DNA from: Telmatocola sphagniphila | Lineage (GTDB): Bacteria; Planctomycetota; Planctomycetia; Gemmatales; Gemmataceae | Direction of reading: 5' to 3' | Assembly (NCBI RefSeq): GCF_018398935.1 | Contig: NZ_CP074694.1 | Coordinates: forward strand, 1,500,001-1,532,000 | Length of the DNA stretch: 32,000 bases | Shown here: in pieces, positions 25,372 through 32,000 of the stretch | How the letters are laid out: each line of letters starts with the position of its first letter | Position numbering within the stretch: the first letter of the stretch is position 1 | Translations under genes and position numbers: made by a program | Notes under the pieces: generated by a model | Seen by the model: only the letters and a program-made list of their open reading frames with translations | Database searches by the model: none | What the model was told of the DNA's origin: nothing

Positions 25372-27423
25372 ATGATGACCGATCTCAATACGAATTACAC
25401 TGTACGCGACATCCAAGCTGCCGATCTCATGCACTCGCTGGATCGCGAATGGCTGGTGACAAATGGACTGGGTGGCTACGCCAGCGGCACCATCAGCGGT
25501 GCGGCCACAAGGCGTTATCACGGTCTTTTGATCGCGGCTCATCCAGCTCCGTTGGGCCGTCTGATGATGTTTAACCACCTCGCCGAGCAATTCCGATTCC
25601 CGGACTGGTCGGTAGCCTCTTTTGGTGGAATCGAAAAAGTAGATAGCGGTCTGGACATTCATGGAGCGGACATTCTGTCCGGCTTCCGTCTGGAGGAAGG
25701 GCTACCGATCTGGACATTCGTCGCACACGATCATGTGATTGAAAAAAGACTCTTCATGCCCAATAAGCAGAATACGGTTCACCTGATTTACCGTCTGTTA
25801 AAAGGGGAGGGTCCGGTTCGTCTGAAACTTCGTCCCTCAGTTCACTTCCGAGATCATGATGCGCCCGTCAGCATTCCGATGCGTGGCCCTTATACTCTCA
25901 CGGCCACCGAAGGCCGTTATGAAATGTCCGGGGAGACCAGTGAATTTCCACGATTGAGAATGCGCGTAGTAGGAAACGCCCATGCATTGACTCTCGATGG
26001 CATGAACGTTCCGAACATTCTGTATCGAGTGGAGGAAAATCGAGGCTACGACGGCGTAGGCACGCTTTACAGCATGGGTTTATTTCGAGCAAATCTGAAT
26101 GCAGATCAGGAAGTCACGCTCACCGCTTCGACGGAAAGTTGGGATCGATTACTTTCACATACCCCGTCTGAAGCTTTGCAAAAAGAGTTAGAACGGCGTC
26201 GCAGAGTTATTTCAATTTCGAGTCCGGCCTTAAGGCACGGATTTGGCGCAGAACTCGCATTGGCCGCCGATCAATTTATCATCACACCCGTTAGCCGCAC
26301 GGCGGATACGGCCAAAGCCGAAGCTTCTGGGGACGAAGCGCGTACGATCATCGCCGGATACCACTGGTTTACAGACTGGGGCCGCGACACCATGATCAGC
26401 CTCGAAGGGTTGACGTTGGTAACTGGTCGGCACCTGGAAGCGGGTTATATCCTTCGGACCTTTGCCAGCCACGTACGCAATGGTCTGATTCCCAACTACT
26501 TTCCGGATGGTTCCAATCAGGGCGTTTATCATACGGCCGATGCCACGCTCTGGTTCTTTCATGCTCTGAGCCGCTACGAAGCGTACACACGGGATCACGA
26601 ATCGATCCGCAATCTGATTCCCACGCTAAAAACCATCGTGGCCAAGCACCTGGCGGGCACCGATTACGGTATCGGAGTCGATCCGAAAGATAAACTGCTC
26701 AAACAGGGAGCAGAGGGTTATCAGCTCACCTGGATGGACGCTAAAGTCGGAGACTGGGTGGTAACCCCCCGCCGCGGCAAGACCGTCGAGATCAACGCCT
26801 TATGGTACAACGCACTTTGTCTCATGAACGAATGGCTGAAGCGAGAGAATGATCCAGAAGCGGCGTCGATGGGAACTTTGGCGGCAGAAGTCAAACGATC
26901 CTTCAATGATCGATTTTGGAATCCGGAACAAAAATACCTCTTCGATCTGGTTGATGGAGAGCATGGGAATGATCCCGCTTGTCGACCCAATCAGATATTT
27001 GCGATTTCTTTGCCCCATCCGGTTCTGAATAAGGAACATTGGCCAGCTATTCTTGGAATTGTGGAAAAAGAACTGCTTACTCCGGTCGGCCTGCGATCGC
27101 TCTCCCCGAACAATCCCGAATATAAGTCAAAATATTACGGCGATTTGCGCTCTCGAGATGCCGCCTACCACCAGGGAACGGTGTGGGCCTGGTTGATCGG
27201 TCCATTTATAGATGCTTGGAGAAAACTCCATTCGGAAAAAGCGTCTGAATCGTCTCGATTCTTGAGAGGCTTCGAATCGCATTTGTCGGAAGCCTGTATA
27301 GGCAGCATCAGTGAAGTATTCGATGCCGAGGAACCCTTCACGCCGCGCGCCTGCATTGCTCAGGCCTGGAGCGTCGGCGAAGTGGCTCGCTGTATGGTGC
27401 TCGATGATGTTAAGGAAGCCTGA
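25372..27423 (+). CDS. Amylo-alpha-1,6-glucosidase family glycogen debranching enzyme (archaeal/bacterial GDE type)
   Basis: N-terminus REWLVTNGLGGYASGTISGAATRRYHGLLIAA. Catalytic-domain motif IIAGYHWFTDWGRDTMISLEGL. C-terminal AYHQGTVWAWLIGPF. Lies 24 nt after the treZ stop. The first ATG is 25372; the ORF-track start 25369 is TTG. Confidence 0.88.
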   Translation: MMTDLNTNYTVRDIQAADLMHSLDREWLVTNGLGGYASGTISGAATRRYHGLLIAAHPAPLGRLMMFNHLAEQFRFPDWSVASFGGIEKVDSGLDIHGADILSGFRLEEGLPIWTFVAHDHVIEKRLFMPNKQNTVHLIYRLLKGEGPVRLKLRPSVHFRDHDAPVSIPMRGPYTLTATEGRYEMSGETSEFPRLRMRVVGNAHALTLDGMNVPNILYRVEENRGYDGVGTLYSMGLFRANLNADQEVTLTASTESWDRLLSHTPSEALQKELERRRRVISISSPALRHGFGAELALAADQFIITPVSRTADTAKAEASGDEARTIIAGYHWFTDWGRDTMISLEGLTLVTGRHLEAGYILRTFASHVRNGLIPNYFPDGSNQGVYHTADATLWFFHALSRYEAYTRDHESIRNLIPTLKTIVAKHLAGTDYGIGVDPKDKLLKQGAEGYQLTWMDAKVGDWVVTPRRGKTVEINALWYNALCLMNEWLKRENDPEAASMGTLAAEVKRSFNDRFWNPEQKYLFDLVDGEHGNDPACRPNQIFAISLPHPVLNKEHWPAILGIVEKELLTPVGLRSLSPNNPEYKSKYYGDLRSRDAAYHQGTVWAWLIGPFIDAWRKLHSEKASESSRFLRGFESHLSEACIGSISEVFDAEEPFTPRACIAQAWSVGEVARCMVLDDVKEA

Positions 27424-27474
27424 CGATTTATGCTACGCGCCAGGAATTCACTTCGAGATTTTTAGGAGATACGC

Positions 27475-30400
27475 ATGTCGCAGGATGACAAGCTTTGGTA
27501 CAAGGATGCCATCATTTATGAAGTGCCTGTACGTGCCTATCAGGATGCCATCGGTTCCGGTGTGGGTAATTTTCGCGGCCTGACCCAGAAATTGGATTAT
27601 CTCGAAGATCTCGGCATCACCACCGTTTGGTTGTTACCTTTTTACCCATCCCCTTTGAAAGATGACGGATATGACATCGCCGATTACATGGATGTGCATC
27701 CCATCTATGGCACTTTGAGCGATTTTAAAACCTTTCTGGAGGAAGCCCATCGCCGCGGCTTGAAGGTCATTACCGAATTGGTCATCAATCACACTTCGGA
27801 TCAGCATCCCTGGTTCCAGAGGGCCCGACTTAGTCCACCCGGTTCGAATGAACGGAATTTTTACGTCTGGAGCGACACGACTGATAAATTCTCGAATGTG
27901 CCACTGATGTTCCCGGATTTCGAGAACTCTAACTGGACTTGGGATCCAGTCGCCAAACAGTACTACTGGCATCGTTTCTATTCTCACCAGCCCGATTTGA
28001 ATTTCGATAATCCGGAAGTTTGGAAGGCTCTTTTTCCGATAGTCGATTTTTGGATGGAAATGGGAGTCGATGGCATGCGTCTGGATGCGGTGCCGTATCT
28101 CTTCGAACGCGAAGGTACGCTTTGCGAACACCTGCCGGAAACGCATGGTTTTTTGAAAGCGCTGCGCGCTCATGTGGATGCGAAGTTTCCTAATCGGATG
28201 TTTCTGGCGGAAGCCAATGCCTGGCCGGAGGATGCAGTCAGTTACTTCGGCGAGGACGATGAATGCCACATGGCGTTTCACTTTCCGCTGATGCCTCGTC
28301 TGTTTATGGCCCTGCAACAGGAGGATCGATTTCCCATTCTGGATATCTTCGCTCAAACACCGAATATTCCGGCAAATTGCCAGTGGTGCCTGTTTCTCAG
28401 GAATCATGACGAATTAACGCTCGCCATGGTCACGGACGAAGAACGGGACTACATGTTTCGTGCTTATGCGCGGGATTCGCAAGCGAAAATATTTTTGGGT
28501 ATTCGGCACCGCCTCGCACCGCTTCTGCGAAATGATCGACGCCGAATAGAACTCATGAACGCCCTGCTCTTCAGCATGCCCGGTACCCCGGTGATTTACT
28601 ACGGTGATGAGATCGGCATGGGGGATAATATCTATCTGGGAGACCGAAATGGCGTGAGAACCCCCATGCAATGGAGTGCCGATCGAAATGCGGGCTTCAG
28701 TCGGGCGAATCCGCAGAAGCTATATTCCCAAATCATTCTCGATCCGGAGTATCACTACGAAGCTGTGAATGTCGAAGCCCAGCAGAACAACCCTTCCTCG
28801 CTGCTCTGGTGGACGAAGCGGTTAATCGCTTTGCGGAAGAAACATAAATCGCTGGGCCGCGGTAGTATCGAATTTTTGAGACCTGAAAATTCGAAAGTAC
28901 TCGCTTACATCCGGCAATTTGAAGAGGAAACTCTCCTCTTAGTGGCCAATCTCTCTCGATTTGTGCAACAAACCGACTTGGATCTGAAGAGCTTCGCGGG
29001 ATGGGTACCTGAAGAACTTTACGGCCACAGCCGATTTCCAGTAATTCAGGAAGTCCCCTACTCCATAACGCTTGGCCCGCACGGCTTCTACTGGTTTTTG
29101 TTAAAAAAATCGAGTCGGGCCTCGGAGCACCCGGAGTCGGAAGTCCAAGTGCCCACTCTCGAAGTCAAAGTGGATTGGAGCGAGTTATTCGAGAATCCAT
29201 CGTTCGATGAAATTGAGGAAGTACTCCAGCCCCTCATCGAGAAATTGATACCGGAAAATCTGGATGGCCCTTTGATGTCCTGTCACGTGGCCACATCCTG
29301 GCGGATGCAGAATCGAGGACCGGAAAGCGTCTATATCCTGGTGGTTCGACTAGAATGGCGCGAGGGCTTGCCGGAATCGTTCTTGCTGCCACTGACCTTC
29401 ACAGCGGACGATCAACCGCGTGAACTCCTGATTCCCGCCGGACAATCGGTGCTAGCCAAAGTGGGGGGACCACGACCGGGAAGAATCATAGATGCTGCTG
29501 CAACCCCCGAGCACTTTTGGAATCTGATCCATGCGATAGCTGAAAATCGTCGCCTGAGTTTGGAACGCGGGTTCATCCGCAGCCTCTCTTTTTCCGAGTT
29601 CGATCCCAATCCTCCGTCGACCGAAGGGCTTCCCTCCGTCCAGCGTGGTCAGGATGGAGATCTCACAGCGATCTTCGATTCTCGATTCATTCTGCGCACT
29701 TTCCGGGATCTCAACGAGGGAATCCATCCCGATGTCGAAGTGGGCCGCTTTCTGACAAAGCAGAACTATTTCGGGATCGTTCCCATATTGGGAACGGCCG
29801 AATTGCACCGAGGCGACCAGGGGATCAGCACTCTGGCGGTACTCAAGAGCTTTGTTCCCAATCAGAAGACAGCCTGGGAACAGGCTCAACATCTTTTAAG
29901 CCAATTCTTTGAGAAAGCGACTGCACTGTCACGCTCGAAAGCGAATCGAATGAGCGAATCAGACGAGGTTAATAGTCTGGAATTCGAAGCGGATCGCAAT
30001 TTGCTTTTTGCCGAGAGTGAGGCCATGGCCGAGGCATTAGGTAAAAACTTGGCCGAACTACAGGTAGCACTCACTTCGGACCCTTCGAACCCGGCCTTCG
30101 TTCCTGAACTGACTACATCGACCTATCAACGTTCCGTCTATCAGACTATGCGTTCGGTAACCGAACAGATTTTACGTCGATTCAAGTGGGGAAAGTATTC
30201 CATTCCTGAAAGTGCCCGGGAGCTCGTCGATCGATTACAAAATAGTTTCCCGGCCCTCGATCAGCGTTTCCGAAAAGCAATGGATCCCAAGATCGACGGC
30301 TATCGAATTCGCTGCCATGGAGATTATCATCTCGCTCGGCTGTTGTTCGTAGGCGACAATTACATCCTTACCGATTTCGTCGGGGACTCTTCCAGGTCCA

Positions 30401-30789
30401 TAAGCGAAAGGCGGATCAAAAAGCTGGGATTGCGAGATTTGGCGACACTTCTCCGATCCATGGATTACGTTCTGAATTCGGTTATCTACGATCTTGGCAA
30501 TCATCGGGGACGAGCCCCGGGTGTCATCCGGGAAGAAGATCAGGCCTTGGTGGCCGGCTGGGCGGAGCAATGGCGGATACGAACAACTACGCATCTGATC
30601 GACTCTTATCTTAAAGATCCCAGGATCACACACTTGCTTCCCTCGAAGCCTGAAATCATGCATTCCCTACTCAACCTGTTTCAAGTGGAACGTGCCTTAG
30701 TCGAACTGGACTACGATCTTCGACGTCGGCCCGAATGGATCATCGTACCGCTCAACGCAATTTTTCGCTGCATTGAGGAAATTCCCTAA
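27475..30789 (+). CDS. treS: Fused trehalose synthase (maltose alpha-D-glucosyltransferase) / maltokinase
   Basis: AGGAGA lies 6 nt upstream of the ATG. N-terminal TreS: WYKDAIIYEVPVRAYQD, VINHTSDQHPWF, GVDGMRLDAVPYL, FLAEANAWPED, FLRNHDELTL. The C-terminal ~540 aa are Mak/Pep2-like: IRCHGDYHLARLL (nt 30313-30330 encode CHGDYH), ILTDFVGD, FQVERALVELDYDLRRRPEWIIVPL. Confidence 0.92.
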   Translation: MSQDDKLWYKDAIIYEVPVRAYQDAIGSGVGNFRGLTQKLDYLEDLGITTVWLLPFYPSPLKDDGYDIADYMDVHPIYGTLSDFKTFLEEAHRRGLKVITELVINHTSDQHPWFQRARLSPPGSNERNFYVWSDTTDKFSNVPLMFPDFENSNWTWDPVAKQYYWHRFYSHQPDLNFDNPEVWKALFPIVDFWMEMGVDGMRLDAVPYLFEREGTLCEHLPETHGFLKALRAHVDAKFPNRMFLAEANAWPEDAVSYFGEDDECHMAFHFPLMPRLFMALQQEDRFPILDIFAQTPNIPANCQWCLFLRNHDELTLAMVTDEERDYMFRAYARDSQAKIFLGIRHRLAPLLRNDRRRIELMNALLFSMPGTPVIYYGDEIGMGDNIYLGDRNGVRTPMQWSADRNAGFSRANPQKLYSQIILDPEYHYEAVNVEAQQNNPSSLLWWTKRLIALRKKHKSLGRGSIEFLRPENSKVLAYIRQFEEETLLLVANLSRFVQQTDLDLKSFAGWVPEELYGHSRFPVIQEVPYSITLGPHGFYWFLLKKSSRASEHPESEVQVPTLEVKVDWSELFENPSFDEIEEVLQPLIEKLIPENLDGPLMSCHVATSWRMQNRGPESVYILVVRLEWREGLPESFLLPLTFTADDQPRELLIPAGQSVLAKVGGPRPGRIIDAAATPEHFWNLIHAIAENRRLSLERGFIRSLSFSEFDPNPPSTEGLPSVQRGQDGDLTAIFDSRFILRTFRDLNEGIHPDVEVGRFLTKQNYFGIVPILGTAELHRGDQGISTLAVLKSFVPNQKTAWEQAQHLLSQFFEKATALSRSKANRMSESDEVNSLEFEADRNLLFAESEAMAEALGKNLAELQVALTSDPSNPAFVPELTTSTYQRSVYQTMRSVTEQILRRFKWGKYSIPESARELVDRLQNSFPALDQRFRKAMDPKIDGYRIRCHGDYHLARLLFVGDNYILTDFVGDSSRSISERRIKKLGLRDLATLLRSMDYVLNSVIYDLGNHRGRAPGVIREEDQALVAGWAEQWRIRTTTHLIDSYLKDPRITHLLPSKPEIMHSLLNLFQVERALVELDYDLRRRPEWIIVPLNAIFRCIEEIP
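29150..30786 (+). other. mak: Maltokinase (Mak/Pep2-like) domain of the TreS fusion; the N-terminal boundary is approximate
   Basis: Kinase-type HGDxH and DFxGD motifs plus the conserved C-terminal Y(E/D)L..R(P)xW..(I/V)PL segment. The TreS part ends near FYWFLLKK. Confidence 0.7.
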
Positions 30790-30924
30790 CAAGTTGTTCT
30801 CATCGACCAATCTGGCAAATATTTCGCTTTCTATTTCATCCAGGAGAAACTCGAATTGAACTAGGTAACTCAGGGAGTAAGAAAATAAGAATCCGATTTT
30901 TCCCTCCTTGTTTGGTAAATCTTG

Positions 30925-32000
30925 ATGAAACGCTATCGAATTTGGCCTCTCGTCGGTACGAGCCTGCTGGGAATACTCCTTTCCGGTCCTTCAACTTCTT
31001 TACTGCAGGCCCAAACGAAAAAGAGCAATAAGAAGGAAGCCCCACCGCCGACCGTCGAACAGTTGATGCGGGAAACCCGGCCAGCCGAAGATTTTAAAGC
31101 CACTATTTTCGCCACGCCGGATCAGGCCAATTACCCAGTCTTCATCTCAGCCGCACCCGATGGAACGCTTTACGTCGGCAGCGATCAAAATGGTTCGCTG
31201 GCTCGGGATAAGCATATGGGCCGGATTTTTCGGTTAAGGGATACCGATGGCGATGGCCGTGCGGATGAAGTGAAAACCTTCGTAAAAGATATCGATTCCC
31301 CCCGTGGTCTGGCGTGGGATATCGATCGACTCTATGTCCTGCATCCGCCGCATCTGGGAGTTTTCGTCGATAAAGACGGCTCTGGAGAAGCAGGAGAAGA
31401 AAAAATTCTGGTGAAGAACATCGCCTTCACCTTCAAGGATAGACCGGCAGACCATACTTCGAATGGCATCACATTGGGTTTGGACGGCTGGATCTATGCC
31501 GCTATCGGCGACTTCGGTTTTATGGAAGCGGAAGGAACCGACGGGCGAAAATTACAACTGCGCGGCGGCGGTGTGGTTCGCGTCCGTACTGATGGAACCG
31601 GGCTGGAACTTTTCAGTTACGGTACCCGAAATATTCTGCAGGTGGCCGTGTCCCCGCTTTTAGATGGCTTTGCACGTGATAACACAAACGACGGTGACGG
31701 CTGGGACGTGCGGTTTCATCACATCAGCGGATTTGAAAATCACGGTTATCCCCGTTTCTACAAGAACTTTGCGGATGAAGAAGTCACCCCGCTGGCGGAT
31801 TACGGTGGCGGTGCGGGCTGCGGTGCCGCCTGGATCGATGACCCACGCTGGCCCAAAAAATGGAACAATCGACCTTTTACGGCCGATTGGGGGAATGGAG
31901 CTATATTCGCTCATCCTGTGGAAGCCTCAGGATCCACTTTCATTGAAAAAGGTAAGCCGTCGGTCTTTGTGCGTCTTCCTCGACCAACGGATGTGGATGT
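30925..32000 (+). CDS. Second PVC-type 'membrane-bound dehydrogenase domain' (beta-propeller) protein; 3'-truncated by window end
   Basis: Not in the supplied ORF track because no stop occurs inside the window. I translated frame 1 by hand from ATG 30925 to 32000 and found no stop. Signal peptide: MKRYRIWPLVGTSLLGILLSGPSTSLLQAQ. Family motifs: FKATIFATPDQANYPVFISAAPDGTLYVGSD, RIFRLRDTDGDGRADEVKTFVKDIDSPRGLAWDIDRLYVLHPP, SNGITLGLDGWIYAAIGDFG, ARDNTNDGDGWDVRF. Confidence 0.8.
   Translation, partial: MKRYRIWPLVGTSLLGILLSGPSTSLLQAQTKKSNKKEAPPPTVEQLMRETRPAEDFKATIFATPDQANYPVFISAAPDGTLYVGSDQNGSLARDKHMGRIFRLRDTDGDGRADEVKTFVKDIDSPRGLAWDIDRLYVLHPPHLGVFVDKDGSGEAGEEKILVKNIAFTFKDRPADHTSNGITLGLDGWIYAAIGDFGFMEAEGTDGRKLQLRGGGVVRVRTDGTGLELFSYGTRNILQVAVSPLLDGFARDNTNDGDGWDVRFHHISGFENHGYPRFYKNFADEEVTPLADYGGGAGCGAAWIDDPRWPKKWNNRPFTADWGNGAIFAHPVEASGSTFIEKGKPSVFVRLPRPTDVD

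Noticed and set aside
25225-25662. 145-aa minus-strand ORF spanning the treZ/GDE junction
   Set aside because: It overlaps the conserved C-terminus of TreZ and the highly conserved N-terminus of the GDE-type enzyme (LVTNGLGGYASGT..RRYHGLL), so it is a shadow ORF.
27634-28407. 257-aa ORF antisense to treS
   Set aside because: It lies entirely inside the GH13 catalytic core of TreS, whose conserved regions I-IV read perfectly on the plus strand. It is a typical shadow ORF and has no motif of its own.
11292-30789. The idea that the ThuA-like ('trehalose utilisation') domain functionally links the redox protein to the trehalose locus about 6.4 kb away
   Set aside because: The link rests on the family name only. 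Five unrelated genes on mixed strands intervene, and ThuA-like domains are widespread outside trehalose metabolism.
1-32000. Search by eye for CRISPR arrays, tandem or long direct repeats, IS ends, integrase/transposase, toxin-antitoxin or other defence-gene hallmarks, and rRNA/tRNA
   Set aside because: None was seen. Intergenic space is small (the largest gaps are about 135-200 bp) and every large ORF is explained by metabolic or secreted-protein families. A computational repeat or ncRNA scan (tRNAscan-SE, Infernal) could still find small elements I missed.

Overview
Gene-dense chromosomal window, mostly about 50-55% GC with a few 35-45% pockets (hand counts of single 60-nt lines). It looks like a Planctomycetota/PVC genome: it holds two members of the PVC-restricted 'membrane-bound dehydrogenase domain' family, a TIGR03067-like secreted protein, and many signal-peptide proteins. 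I can support 20 protein-coding genes. One of them (30925..32000) is absent from the supplied ORF track because it runs off the window end. By eye I found no rRNA/tRNA, CRISPR array, transposase/integrase, long repeat or defence-system hallmark. Main blocks: (1) a 5'-truncated secreted carbohydrate-binding protein ending in an NPCBM module, followed by a low-GC orphan ORF. (2) A complete, translationally coupled hoxF-U-Y-H-W operon on the minus strand, encoding a NAD-linked group 3d soluble [NiFe]-hydrogenase plus its endopeptidase. (3) A secreted esterase, a 1208-aa four-module redox protein (dehydrogenase propeller, HEAT, haem c, ThuA-like) and a 754-aa tandem alpha/beta-hydrolase. (4) A CrtI-like flavoprotein, two small hypothetical proteins and a PQQ-like beta-propeller protein. 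(5) A divergent 12.4-kb trehalose/alpha-glucan locus: treY<-glgX(treX) | treZ->amylo-1,6-glucosidase->treS-mak fusion. (6) A second PVC dehydrogenase-domain gene at the window edge. I did not find a convincing wholly new system. The best candidates for follow-up are the uncharacterised four-module redox protein with its secreted-hydrolase neighbours, the tandem hydrolase with a dead N-terminal copy, and the hydrogenase operon in this lineage. All family assignments come from motif recognition by eye, not from database searches.
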